Below, piece by piece: positions 21,661-32,105 of a stretch of 64,000 nt of DNA. Within the stretch, counting starts at the first letter, position 1. The number at the start of each line of letters is the position of its first letter. The notes below the pieces were generated by a model. That model ran no database searches, was not told the origin of the DNA, and saw only the letters and a list, made by a program, of their open reading frames with translations. The position numbers and the translations under genes are program-made. The stretch is from Gammaproteobacteria bacterium (lineage in GTDB: Bacteria > Pseudomonadota > Gammaproteobacteria > SZUA-229): the NCBI GenBank assembly GCA_026195255.1, contig JAPHSS010000026.1:15403-79402 (forward strand), written 5' to 3'.

Positions 21661-21858
21661 ACTTGTTCCCACGCTCCTGCGTGGGAGTGTATATACAACT
21701 GACAGTATTTCGTTTATTTAAAACAGGCCATAAATATCATGCGGTCATAAATAAAGCTTTTATAAAAAACTACCGTGTCTCTATTTGTGTGGGTTAATTT
21801 GAGTTAGATAGACAACCGATACCTGTATGCATTCCCACGCGGGAGCATGGGAACGAGT
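21661..21858. repeat. REP-like inverted doublet (REPIN-type)
   Basis: 34-bp arms (21661-21694 and 21825-21858), 28/34 complementary, each internally palindromic (TCCCACGC...GCGTGGGA); lies between convergent genes. Confidence 0.8.
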
Positions 21859-21905
21859 CAAAAAAATAGCATCCTTACGTGTATTTTTACAAACATAACG
21901 GCATT

Positions 21906-22754
21906 TTAACGTTTTCCTCCACCACCAGCTGCGATGAGGAATTTGTCCATCATTCTTGTGCTTAAAATTCGTTTCAGGAAACCCATAATGTATGTTGGTT
22001 TAGTGACATAATATCTCGCCCGAGGTCGTTTAGCTTGCAGCGCATGAATAACTTTTTCACATACGGCTTCAGGCCCTAGAGTAAAAGGAGCTGCAGCTCC
22101 CTCTTTTTGTAATCGTTCTATCATTGATTTATATTGAGATGCGTGGCAGCTTTTATCTACATCAATATATTTATTAAAAGCCGTGAGTGCGTTAGCTCTG
22201 AATTCACTAATGATAGGGCCTGGCTCAATTAGGCTAATATGTATATTGGTGCCGATTAACTCTTGTCTTAGGGTGTCACTTATACCTTCGAGTGCAAATT
22301 TGCTTGCGTTATAGGCCCCTCTATATGGCATAGCCGCAAAACCTAAAACAGAGCTATTTTGAATAATTCGCCCATGCCCCTGTTTTCTCATTATTGGTAA
22401 AATAAGATTAGTTAATTCAACGGTTCCAAATAAATTGGTTTCAAACTGGGCCCTTAATGCATCACGGCTCAAATCTTCAACGGCTCCAGCTAGACCGTAT
22501 GCGCCATTATTGAAAAGGGCATACAATTCTCCATTAGTTTGATTAAGGACTTTTATTAATGCGTTTTTAATGGAAAGTGAGTCATTAAGATCTAATTGTA
22601 GTGAATTTAAGCCAAGTTGTTTAAGGTGCAGGACATCATCAGCTTTTCTGGCGCTTGCAAAAACCTGATATCCTCGTTTTTGTAATTCCTGGGCGGTAAA
22701 AAGCCCTATACCAGTTGAGCAGCCAGTGATTAATATCGATTTTTGAGTGTTCAA
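21906..22754 (-). CDS. Short-chain dehydrogenase/reductase (YbbO-like)
   Basis: TGCSTGIG, NNGAYG and YNASK motifs; probable TTG start at 22754 after AAAAGG. Confidence 0.9.
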   Translation of the reverse strand: MNTQKSILITGCSTGIGLFTAQELQKRGYQVFASARKADDVLHLKQLGLNSLQLDLNDSLSIKNALIKVLNQTNGELYALFNNGAYGLAGAVEDLSRDALRAQFETNLFGTVELTNLILPIMRKQGHGRIIQNSSVLGFAAMPYRGAYNASKFALEGISDTLRQELIGTNIHISLIEPGPIISEFRANALTAFNKYIDVDKSCHASQYKSMIERLQKEGAAAPFTLGPEAVCEKVIHALQAKRPRARYYVTKPTYIMGFLKRILSTRMMDKFLIAAGGGGKR

Positions 22755-22901
22755 ATTACGCCTTTTTGTAATTATTATTAGCAAACCCATGAAATATTCA
22801 GCTTATCGCATTATAATACCGAGCCTTTCGCCTTGCTGCAGTATTAATTTATCGTTTGCGGTATGAGGCATTGAAACAAATTTACTAAGCTGGAATAAAT
22901 T

Positions 22902-24677
22902 ATGCGCAGTCATTACTGTGGTCAGGTCGATGAAAACCTGGTCGATCAGGAAATAGAATTATGTGGATGGGTGAACCGTCGTCGAGACCACGGAGGCGTG
23001 ATTTTTGTTGACTTACGTGACCGTGAAGGCCTTGTGCAGGTGGTTTTCGACCCTGATAAACCTGAGATGTTTGCGTTGGCTGAACGTGTTCGTAACGAGT
23101 ATGTGCTGAAAGTAAAAGGCCGTGTGCGTCTACGTGATGAGGCAGCTGTTAATGCGAATTTAAAGTCAGGCAAAGTCGAAGTCTTAGGGCTTGAGTTAGA
23201 AGTGCTTAACGCGGCAGAAACACCTCCCTTTCAGTTAGATGATCAGGGCGTGCACGAAGATAACCGTCTTAAATATCGATATATAGATCTGCGACGTGAT
23301 GAAATGCAGCAGAGAATACGCCTGCGCTCACAGGTTACCGGGTTTATCCGTCGTCATATGGAGGACAACGGTTTTCTTGATATTGAAACACCCATGCTGA
23401 CCAAAGCAACACCTGAAGGTGCTCGCGACTATTTAGTGCCGAGTCGTACACATCAGGGTGAGTTTTTTGCGCTACCTCAGTCACCGCAAATATTTAAACA
23501 ATTATTAATGATGTCTGGTATGGATCGTTATTACCAGATTGTGCGTTGTTTCCGTGATGAGGATTTACGTGCAGATCGTCAGCCTGAATTCACCCAGATT
23601 GATATCGAAACATCCTTTATGTCAGAAGACCAGGTAATGGACGTAACTGAGCAGATGATTCGTGAGTTATTTGCTCACGTTCTGGAAGTTCCGTTACCTA
23701 ATCCATTTCCACGAATGACATATGCAGAAGCCATGAATCGTTTTGGTTCTGATAAGCCTGATTTACGAATAGATATGGAGCTGGTTGATATTGGCGACCT
23801 GATGGAAGACGTCGAATTTAAAGTATTTTCAGGCCCGGCAAAAGATCCTAAGGGGCGTTTGATTGTGTTACGTGTGCCGCAAGGTGCAAAACTGAGTCGT
23901 AAAGAAATTGACGGTTATACTGAATTTGTCGGTCGTTACGGTGCAAAAGGTCTGGCGTGGATCAAAGTTAATGATGTAGAAGCAGGTCGAGAAGGTCTGC
24001 AGTCTCCTATTGTTAAGTTCTTACCCGATGAAGCTCTGCATGAAATCATTAAACGTAGCGGCACACAGACCGGAGACCTGCTCTTCTTTGGTGCCGGTAA
24101 TGCGAATGTGGTTAATGAGTCGATGGGCGCCTTGCGAGTCCAGTTAGGCCATGACCTTGAACTGGTTACTCGCGAGTGGAAGCCGTTGTGGGTTGTTGAT
24201 TTTCCGATGTTTGAGTGGAATGAGCGAGATGAACGCTGGAATGCATTACATCACCCGTTTACTGCGCCCTCTGGCAGCATTGAAGAGCTGCAGGCTAACC
24301 CCGGTGAATGCCTGTCTCGTGCTTATGATATGGTATTAAATGGCTGTGAGCTGGGTGGAGGCTCTGTGCGTATCCATGATACGGCTATGCAGCATAAAGT
24401 GTTTGAGATACTCGGCATTAGTGATGAAGAAGCCAATGAAAAATTTGGTTTCTTATTAGAAGCATTAAAATACGGCTGTCCACCGCATGCAGGTTTGGCT
24501 TTTGGTCTTGATCGAATGATTATGTTAATGACCGGTGCGAGTTCTATTCGTGATGTAATGGCATTCCCCAAAACGCAAACAGCGGCATGCCTGTTAACCG
24601 ATGCGCCATCAGGTGTTTCAGCTGAGCAGTTGAAAGAACTGAATATCCGTATTCGCAAGCCGGTAACAGAGTCATAA
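22902..24677 (+). CDS. aspS: Aspartyl-tRNA synthetase
   Basis: [34 protein letters not shown] and GLDR motifs. Confidence 0.98.
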   Translation: MRSHYCGQVDENLVDQEIELCGWVNRRRDHGGVIFVDLRDREGLVQVVFDPDKPEMFALAERVRNEYVLKVKGRVRLRDEAAVNANLKSGKVEVLGLELEVLNAAETPPFQLDDQGVHEDNRLKYRYIDLRRDEMQQRIRLRSQVTGFIRRHMEDNGFLDIETPMLTKATPEGARDYLVPSRTHQGEFFALPQSPQIFKQLLMMSGMDRYYQIVRCFRDEDLRADRQPEFTQIDIETSFMSEDQVMDVTEQMIRELFAHVLEVPLPNPFPRMTYAEAMNRFGSDKPDLRIDMELVDIGDLMEDVEFKVFSGPAKDPKGRLIVLRVPQGAKLSRKEIDGYTEFVGRYGAKGLAWIKVNDVEAGREGLQSPIVKFLPDEALHEIIKRSGTQTGDLLFFGAGNANVVNESMGALRVQLGHDLELVTREWKPLWVVDFPMFEWNERDERWNALHHPFTAPSGSIEELQANPGECLSRAYDMVLNGCELGGGSVRIHDTAMQHKVFEILGISDEEANEKFGFLLEALKYGCPPHAGLAFGLDRMIMLMTGASSIRDVMAFPKTQTAACLLTDAPSGVSAEQLKELNIRIRKPVTES

Positions 24678-24711
24678 AGATCAGTCTGATGTGGTAAGAC
24701 AGAAACTTAAT

Positions 24712-24742
24712 AAAGAGCTTTCCTCTGGAGAGCTCTTTTTTT
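24712..24742 (+). terminator. Rho-independent terminator after aspS
   Basis: AAAGAGCTTTCC-TCT-GGAGAGCTCTTT followed by a T-run. Confidence 0.8.
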
Positions 24743-24840
24743 AACTTGTGATTTTTGCTCTGTCTCTTAAGAGATAGTTGAAATTTAACCCTTAGCCCTG
24801 ATAGTCTGTAGTAATTAATTAATCCTCAAAGAAGATAAAA

Positions 24841-25935
24841 ATGAGTGCAGTCGCAATTCAATCCTATGCTTTACTCGATGAAGAAGAATGTGAACAGCGT
24901 ATTCTGGCGGCTAAGGAAGCATTAGGCGAGCGGCTGGTTATACTAGGCCATCATTATCAGCGTGATGAGGTTTTTCGACATGCTGATTTTTCCGGTGATT
25001 CTCTTAAGTTATCCCGTGCTGCAGCTGAGTCTAAAGCGCAGTACATTGTGTTTTGCGGGGTTCACTTTATGGCAGAGGTGGCGGATATATTGTCTCGCCC
25101 CGATCAGGTGTCTATTATTCCCGATATGGCGGCTGGCTGCTCCATGGCGGATATGGCAAACCTTGCGAAGGTAGAGAAAGCCTGGGCAGAATTATCCAGT
25201 GTTCTAGACCCGGATGAGTGTGTTACACCTGTAACCTATATTAATTCGGCTGCTGACCTTAAAGGGTTCTGTGGTGCTCATGGTGGTATAGTCTGTACTT
25301 CAACCAATGCACGCAATGTGCTCGAATGGTCATTTAAACAGCGCGAAAAAATTCTATTTTTCCCTGATCAGCACCTGGGAAGAAATACCGCAGCAAGCAT
25401 GGGTATAGCCATGGATGAAATGGTGGTATGGGACTATGATCAGGCGTTTGGTGGCCTGACAGAAGAGCAGATTAAAAAAGCTAAAATGATTTTATGGAAA
25501 GGCTTCTGCTCAGTGCACCAGATGTTTACCCCCGAACAGATTGATAATTTCAAAGCAAAACACCCGGAAACCAAAATAATTTCACACCCTGAAAGTTCAT
25601 ATGAGGTGTGTCAGAAGTCAGATTATGTCGGTTCTACAGAATATATAATAAATACCATTCGCGATGCAGAGCCAGATACCCGGTGGCTGGTTGCTACAGA
25701 GTTGAACCTGGTGAATCGCCTGAAAGACCAGTATGCAGCAGAGGGTAAAAAAGTGCACTTTATGTCACCCACGGTATGCATGTGTTCGACAATGTTTCGT
25801 ATAGACCCTCAACACCTGGCCTGGACCCTGGAAAATCTGCTGGAGGGTAATGTGGTTAACCAGATTTCCGTGCCGCATGATGTGGCCGTCAATGCCCGAT
25901 TAGCACTGGACCGAATGTTAGAGGTTTCTCCTTAA
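24841..25935 (+). CDS. nadA: Quinolinate synthase A
   Basis: GHHYQ, FCGVHFMAE, GCSMA, CTSTNA, CSVH and CSTM Fe-S motifs. Confidence 0.95.
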   Translation: MSAVAIQSYALLDEEECEQRILAAKEALGERLVILGHHYQRDEVFRHADFSGDSLKLSRAAAESKAQYIVFCGVHFMAEVADILSRPDQVSIIPDMAAGCSMADMANLAKVEKAWAELSSVLDPDECVTPVTYINSAADLKGFCGAHGGIVCTSTNARNVLEWSFKQREKILFFPDQHLGRNTAASMGIAMDEMVVWDYDQAFGGLTEEQIKKAKMILWKGFCSVHQMFTPEQIDNFKAKHPETKIISHPESSYEVCQKSDYVGSTEYIINTIRDAEPDTRWLVATELNLVNRLKDQYAAEGKKVHFMSPTVCMCSTMFRIDPQHLAWTLENLLEGNVVNQISVPHDVAVNARLALDRMLEVSP

Positions 25936-26200
25936 AGGTTCTCTTAGTTATACTGCCAATTTCTTATAAAGGCCTGATGTAGAGGCGCAGAGAAATAAAG
26001 TTGTATTTTTAGTGGTTTAATAAATGCTTTTCTCTGTGGCCCTGTGCCACTACGTCAAATCTATTTAGCAATTAATTTCAATGGTTATCAATAATAGAGG
26101 AGACAGTTAGCGTATAAAAGGTATAGGTTATAACTATCAGTGCGTTAAATAATCCTTTAAAAAGCTTTAAACTTTTGTTTCTTTTAGGTATTTTGTATTT

Positions 26201-26857
26201 ATGAAAGAGGCAGTGGTGCTTATACATGGTATTTGGATGAATGGTGCAGAAATGTTTCGTTTGCGCCAACGATTAACTGATGCCGGTTATGAATGTCATT
26301 TGTATCGATATCCATCGTTAAAGAATAGTCCCCGGGATAATGCTGAGGGACTGCATAAATTTGTGCACACGATTGACGCACATGTGGTTCATTATGTCTG
26401 CCACTCTCTCGGCGGGCTGGTTTTATTACATCTATTTGATAAACATATTGTTGAAAAGAAGGGCAGAGTTGTCTTTCTCGGTGTGCCAGTCAATGGTAGT
26501 CAGGTTGCTCGGCGACTTTCAGGTTCATTTTTAACACGATGGGCAGTGGGGCAAAGTATAAATCATGGCTTATTGGGTGATCGGCCGGTATGGAAAAAAT
26601 GGCGAGATATCGGCATTATATCAGGTGATTTACCATTAGGTATTGGATTATTGGTCGGTGGGCCAGTAACGCCTCATGACGGCACAGTCTCTGTAGAAGA
26701 AACATATCTCGGTGGCGCTACAGATTATATAACCTTACCTGTAACACATTTTGGCTTGTTATTTTCTGAAACAGTGTCAGTACAGGTGATTACATTTTTA
26801 CGTGCTGGAAAATTTGGCGATGAAGCTAGCAACCTGTTATTTGATGCAACTGGATAA
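26201..26857 (+). CDS. Alpha/beta-fold hydrolase
   Basis: LIHG, nucleophile elbow CHSLGG, HDGTV, THFGL. Confidence 0.85.
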   Translation: MKEAVVLIHGIWMNGAEMFRLRQRLTDAGYECHLYRYPSLKNSPRDNAEGLHKFVHTIDAHVVHYVCHSLGGLVLLHLFDKHIVEKKGRVVFLGVPVNGSQVARRLSGSFLTRWAVGQSINHGLLGDRPVWKKWRDIGIISGDLPLGIGLLVGGPVTPHDGTVSVEETYLGGATDYITLPVTHFGLLFSETVSVQVITFLRAGKFGDEASNLLFDATG

Positions 26858-26862
26858 ATCAT

Positions 26863-27420
26863 ATGAAGATAATTATTAGAATATTAATTATTACGCTCTG
26901 TGTGATATCAAGTGCGCAGGCAAATTCCAGACTATATCAGTCTAAAGGTGATTTGCCGTTTGTTGAAATGATGCTCGGCATGATGACCGCAATGGGCATG
27001 ATAGATGAGGTTCCAGCGTATTTAACCAATCAGGGCAATTACAATAATTCAGATTTTTCTCAAGGTTACATTTATCAACCGGGTTTTAATGCTCCACTCG
27101 TATATCCCGGTCAAAATCCTGGCTCAGTTAATTATCCACAAAACATTAATAAACGTATTAGACTTGATGGCGTCTGGATTACCCAACATGGAGAAATGCT
27201 GGGTATTAAAGGTCGGCAGTTCCTGTGGAGTGATGGGAAAAGTCGTTATTTAACAGGCGAGTTCGTAAGGAGGCCGAAAGATTTCTCTTTAAAAGTAAGT
27301 CAAAGTGGATATATTGCAAGTTATCAATATCTGCTCGATGGTAATTACATGCAAACTCGAGACACAAATGGAGTTGTTAGAAGTTTTGTAAGAGCACCTT
27401 ATAATTCAGTTAAAAGATAA
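26863..27420 (+). CDS. Hypothetical exported protein
   Basis: Signal peptide ending AQA; Met-rich helix, P/G/Y/N-rich linker, LDGVW beta domain. Confidence 0.7.
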   Translation: MKIIIRILIITLCVISSAQANSRLYQSKGDLPFVEMMLGMMTAMGMIDEVPAYLTNQGNYNNSDFSQGYIYQPGFNAPLVYPGQNPGSVNYPQNINKRIRLDGVWITQHGEMLGIKGRQFLWSDGKSRYLTGEFVRRPKDFSLKVSQSGYIASYQYLLDGNYMQTRDTNGVVRSFVRAPYNSVKR

Positions 27421-27936
27421 CGCTCGGTTAACGATGCTTATTTTTGTGAAAAACACAGATAATTCAATGTATTAATCAGGCGTTATTCAGCTCCTGTTCT
27501 CAGCTTAAAAGTAAATAATTGAAGTGGCCAGCCACTTAAGTAAATTTTAATGTTACTTTTAAGGTCCGAAGTTTTGTAAGGAAAAAAGCATGTACTCGTA
27601 TTGATGCGATAATTATTTTTACCATGAAGATGAGTGACGAAGTGAATGCCTTAGCAAGATATTATTTATAAGTTATTGAATTTATTGATTTTATAAGATA
27701 GTGGGTTAAATGATCGGTGTCATGTTTAATTGCATGACATGATCGAGATACAAGATAGGGAAAAAAGCCTATATAGTATTAACCACGATAGATCTATAAC
27801 ATCATTCATGACTTAAATTTATATAATTAGTCAGGCATAACTGACTATATTTTGATGTTTTCAATATGAGCATTTGAATATCGATTAAATTATATAAAAA
27901 TATTTATGCTGAATCTTGACATGGTGGTAGTAATAG

Positions 27937-28770
27937 ATGGCTGACACAAGAGAATTTAAAGTGTTTCCTATAGGAATATCTGAGAATGATATTCAGATAC
28001 TTAAAAGGATACTCAGAGTGTCAACTGGTTCAGTTAGAAATTATGTTTTGACTGATGAAGAAAAATCAGTTCCAAATAAATTATATCTGGTTAATTCAGA
28101 TAACGACAAGGCAGTTTCTTACTGGGTTAAGAAATATCTGGGGTCTGATAAATTACCAACCGTAGCAACCGTTTTCGCCGGCAAGAGAAAGATTAATGGT
28201 GCAAGACTATATAATCTTAAAATGCCATTTTTAGCATCCCAGGTAATTAGTACTTTTGATACTGTCACTATAAAGGAAATGAATTTTATTCCAGAATTAA
28301 CGATTGGTGAGGTAATGGATGAGACCGCTTTATCTCATAGTTTTCTGGAAAACATAATTGATCGAAATTCAAATGGGAAAAATTTATTCAAAGCACTGGT
28401 AGTTGATGATAGTCAGCCAGTTAGAAAACAGCTTGAAATCGAACTAAAATTATTAGGTGCAGAAGTGGAGGCAGCATTTGATGGTAAAAAAGCAATAGAA
28501 TTATGTAGAGATAATGATTACGACATTATATTTTTAGATGTTGTGATGCCAGGAATGGATGGTTATAAAGTGTGTAAGTTTTTGAAAAAAAACACACAGA
28601 CCAAACATACCCCGGTAATAATGTTAACAGGTAAGTCATCACCATTTGACAAAGTTAAAGGCACCTTGTCAGGTTGTGATAGTTATTTAATAAAACCATT
28701 AAAAAGAGAGCAGTTTGAAAATATTGCAAGAAAATATATTCCTGATTTGAATGAAACGCAAAGAATGTGA
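27937..28770 (+). CDS. PilG-like response regulator with an extra N-terminal domain
   Basis: C-terminal REC: VVDDS, FLDVVMPGMDG, MLTGKSSPFDKVKG, LIKP. Confidence 0.85.
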   Translation: MADTREFKVFPIGISENDIQILKRILRVSTGSVRNYVLTDEEKSVPNKLYLVNSDNDKAVSYWVKKYLGSDKLPTVATVFAGKRKINGARLYNLKMPFLASQVISTFDTVTIKEMNFIPELTIGEVMDETALSHSFLENIIDRNSNGKNLFKALVVDDSQPVRKQLEIELKLLGAEVEAAFDGKKAIELCRDNDYDIIFLDVVMPGMDGYKVCKFLKKNTQTKHTPVIMLTGKSSPFDKVKGTLSGCDSYLIKPLKREQFENIARKYIPDLNETQRM

Positions 28771-28865
28771 AAAAAACCTATTTATAAAAAATGGAAAGTA
28801 AACTAATTTATAACTGTAAGGGCTAGATAATAAATATTTAAGTTATAGACCGAGGAGAAAGTATC

Positions 28866-29231
28866 ATGGCAATTAATAAAGTATTACTAGTAGATGACTC
28901 ACCAATGGATTTGGCAAACATAAGGTGTATAGTTTCTGATGCTGGGTATTCTGTAGTAACAGCAACAACAGGAATTGAGGCAATTGAAGTCGCGAAAAAT
29001 GAAATGCCCGATTTAATATTTATGGATATAGTTATGGAAGGTGCAGATGGTTATGATGCATGTAGAGAAATAACACAAAATGGAGATACAAAAACTATAC
29101 CCGTGGTATTTGTATCAAGTAAAAATCAGAAGGCTGATAAGGTATGGGCAGAGCTACAGGGTGGCAAAGCTTTTATTACAAAGCCATATACGCCTGAACA
29201 GATTTTAGACCAGATAACAGCGCTTAATTAA
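28866..29231 (+). CDS. PilH-like single-domain response regulator
   Basis: LVDDS, FMDIVM, SSKNQKADKVW and ITKP motifs. Confidence 0.88.
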   Translation: MAINKVLLVDDSPMDLANIRCIVSDAGYSVVTATTGIEAIEVAKNEMPDLIFMDIVMEGADGYDACREITQNGDTKTIPVVFVSSKNQKADKVWAELQGGKAFITKPYTPEQILDQITALN

Positions 29232-29263
29232 TTAAAACCATAAACCCATATACTAGTGAGACT

Positions 29264-29803
29264 ATGATTAATACAGAAAATAATTGCCTTGACCCTGAAA
29301 GCGCATTAAGTAGATTTAAAAAACCTGAGAATCTACTTATTAATGATCACGCAGAAGGCAAAAAAACTGCAATCAACAGGTATGGGTTTGTTGTTGAAAA
29401 CATGGGTTTATTGATATCAGAAAATACGCTAAGTGAAGTTGTTCGAAATAAAAATATCTGTCCTTTACCAAATACCAGAAAGTGGATGAAGGGCTTAATA
29501 AATATTCGTGGAAATCTGGTTCCAGTATATGATTTATCATTATTACTGGGTTTAACGTCAGTAAGCAGCAACTACAATAATGTACTGGTTTTGGGTAAAG
29601 GGGTTCGTTCAGTTGCAGTTGTAATTGAAGGCTTGCCACGACAGTGTAATGTAAGTGACTGGCATAAGATGGTTGACTTCCCCTGTGATATACCTGGTTT
29701 GAAAGATCACATAATTGAAGTTTATATGTCTGATAAAATTGTCTGGATGGATTTCAATCAGCATAGTTTTTTTGAATCAGTAAAAAGAAATGTGGTTATG
29801 TGA
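29264..29803 (+). CDS. CheW-like (PilI-type) coupling protein
   Basis: LPNTRKWMKGLINIRGNLVPVYDL motif. Confidence 0.87.
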   Translation: MINTENNCLDPESALSRFKKPENLLINDHAEGKKTAINRYGFVVENMGLLISENTLSEVVRNKNICPLPNTRKWMKGLINIRGNLVPVYDLSLLLGLTSVSSNYNNVLVLGKGVRSVAVVIEGLPRQCNVSDWHKMVDFPCDIPGLKDHIIEVYMSDKIVWMDFNQHSFFESVKRNVVM

Positions 29804-29909
29804 TTAATTTAAATATAACTATAAATGTAATATGTTTTTAATGATAAGAGTGTTTTTTTATACATAAATCATTGTGTTTTTTTTAAAGCATTATCTGGAG
29901 AAGTTTAAT

Positions 29910-32075
29910 ATGAAATATTCAAATATTAACAAACTTGGCAAATTAGCTAATATAAAGATCACGCAAAAACTAATAGGCGTTGTTGTTGGTCTTTTAATTG
30001 GTTTTGTTATTATTGGTTTGGCTTACCAGAGGGTGCTACAGGCAGAAAGAGAGGCCGTTGAGGTTTCTGAAAAGATGGTGACATTTGAACGAGGTATCCA
30101 TGAGGTTCAGCTGGATCTTCTGAATGCCAGACAAAGTGAAACTGAATTTTATCTTAAAAAATATCCAATATTTTTAGGTAAATTTGATACGCGTATTATC
30201 GTTGCAAGTCAAAACCTGAAAGGTTTGACTAATCTGGTAAAAGGTGAGGATAAGTTAGATGTAATCACTGAATTAGGCGAGGCCTTCGAAAACTATCGAG
30301 ATAAGTTTATACAAGCCGCGGATTCGCAGATAGAAATTGGGCTAGATGAAAATACAGGCATGAATTCAAGCCTGGCTAATGCGTCTAAAGTTATTGAAAC
30401 TGTTCTTAAAAAACATAATGTGCCTGTTCTAGATAGATCGTTACTTAGAATGCGTCAACATTTAAGTGATTATATTAATTTTGAAGAACCCAGGTACAGT
30501 GAATTACTTATTAAAGAAATACAATCATTTAGAGCCGCAACTGAAAATTCTAAATTGTCTGCGCCAGTTAAATTAGAAATACGTAAAGCGCTTGCAAATT
30601 ATAAAAGTATATTTCTAACAATGTCTGAAACCGTTTCTATGTTAGCAGAGCAGAAAAAAGCAGTAAAACAATCGGTTAAGACAATCGAGCCCCTGTTTTC
30701 AAAAATGGTCAGCATTAGTAATGAGATAATTTCTACAACAAGAGAAGAAGCATCGGCAAAACGTAATCAGATTACAACGTTCTTTATATCTACACTTGTA
30801 CTTATTGCTGTAGCTGCATCCTTAGGTCTATTTTTTCTGGCGAGAAGTATTATTAAACCGATGAAAGTATTACAGGATACGGTTTTAAAGGTGAATGAAG
30901 GCGATTTAAACGTCAGGGCAGGGCTTGATCGTAAAGATGAGCTGGGAGATTTATCAAATGCACTTGATAAACTACTCGATGAAAAACTCGCCTCTATGGC
31001 GCAGTCTGAAAAAGAAAATGACAAGTTGAACGAGTCAGTAATTTCATTGATCAGGGCAGTTAGTCAGCTTGCACAGCAGAAAGACCTGGCAGTAAAAATT
31101 CCAGTTTCAGAGGATATTACCGGGGCGATAAGTGACTCATTAAATCTATTGGCCAAAGAAACTGCGAAAATAATGAAGGAAGCGCAGGTGACGTCATCTG
31201 AAGTTGCCAGTGTGTCATCGCTGGTTAAGAAACAATCAGATACGGTAATATCGGTTGCTAATACAGAAAGAAAAGAAGTTGAAAGTACTGCCCTGATGCT
31301 GGAAAGCTCAGTTAAGGCTATGAATGAAATTGCACTTAATTCTGAAGAAGCAAACAAGAAAGCTGAAATAACGAGTGTAAATACACAACAGGCACTGGAT
31401 GCTGTTATGTCATCTGCTGATGGTATCAAGTCGATACGTGACACTATTAGTGAGACAGAGAAACGAATTAAACGTCTGGGTGAGCGTTCACAGGAAATTT
31501 CAGGTATTGTAAGTTTGATTAACAGTATTGCAGAACGAACACATATACTGGCCTTGAATGCGAGTATGCATGCTGCATCTGCAGGTGAGGCGGGTCGAGG
31601 GTTTGCCGTGGTTGCCGATGAGGTGCAAAGGCTTGCGGAGAATGCGCGTGAAGCAACCTCAGAAATCTCAACGGTAGTTAACAATATAAGGGTTGAGACG
31701 GCTGATACTGTGGCTATTATGAATACTGTAATTACACAGGTGGCCGAGGGAACCCAGCTGGCTAATCAGGCTAGTCAGAGCATGAAACATACACAGCAAG
31801 CAACTAATGATCTGATCGGTTCGGTTAGGCATATAGCGAAAAGTTCTGAACAACAGGTCGATATTAGTAAGCAGTTATTAGTTCGAGCAAGAAGAATTAA
31901 AGAGAGCACAGAAGAGACCGGGCGAGAGTTATTAGAGCAGACAAAGAGTGCTGATAAGTTAGTGCGTTATTCTGAAGACCTGGTTGCAATCGTGGGCATA
32001 TTCAAACTACCGGCTATTAATAGCGAACAGGACGAAGAGGCGTATAAAACAAGCGAAATAAAGCAGGCAGTGTAA
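29910..32075 (+). CDS. Methyl-accepting chemotaxis protein (PilJ-like) with a large helical periplasmic domain
   Basis: 2 TMs, HAMP (DELGDL), hairpin tip [38 protein letters not shown] before ATG 29910. Confidence 0.93.
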   Translation: MKYSNINKLGKLANIKITQKLIGVVVGLLIGFVIIGLAYQRVLQAEREAVEVSEKMVTFERGIHEVQLDLLNARQSETEFYLKKYPIFLGKFDTRIIVASQNLKGLTNLVKGEDKLDVITELGEAFENYRDKFIQAADSQIEIGLDENTGMNSSLANASKVIETVLKKHNVPVLDRSLLRMRQHLSDYINFEEPRYSELLIKEIQSFRAATENSKLSAPVKLEIRKALANYKSIFLTMSETVSMLAEQKKAVKQSVKTIEPLFSKMVSISNEIISTTREEASAKRNQITTFFISTLVLIAVAASLGLFFLARSIIKPMKVLQDTVLKVNEGDLNVRAGLDRKDELGDLSNALDKLLDEKLASMAQSEKENDKLNESVISLIRAVSQLAQQKDLAVKIPVSEDITGAISDSLNLLAKETAKIMKEAQVTSSEVASVSSLVKKQSDTVISVANTERKEVESTALMLESSVKAMNEIALNSEEANKKAEITSVNTQQALDAVMSSADGIKSIRDTISETEKRIKRLGERSQEISGIVSLINSIAERTHILALNASMHAASAGEAGRGFAVVADEVQRLAENAREATSEISTVVNNIRVETADTVAIMNTVITQVAEGTQLANQASQSMKHTQQATNDLIGSVRHIAKSSEQQVDISKQLLVRARRIKESTEETGRELLEQTKSADKLVRYSEDLVAIVGIFKLPAINSEQDEEAYKTSEIKQAV

Positions 32076-32105
32076 TATAAATAAAAGGCATGGCGCCTTA
32101 TTGGC

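Noticed and set aside
31064..31684. 206-aa antisense ORF (also 54011-54508, 24323-24658, 46395-46700 and similar)
   Set aside because: Shadow frames of well-supported genes on the opposite strand, with no motifs
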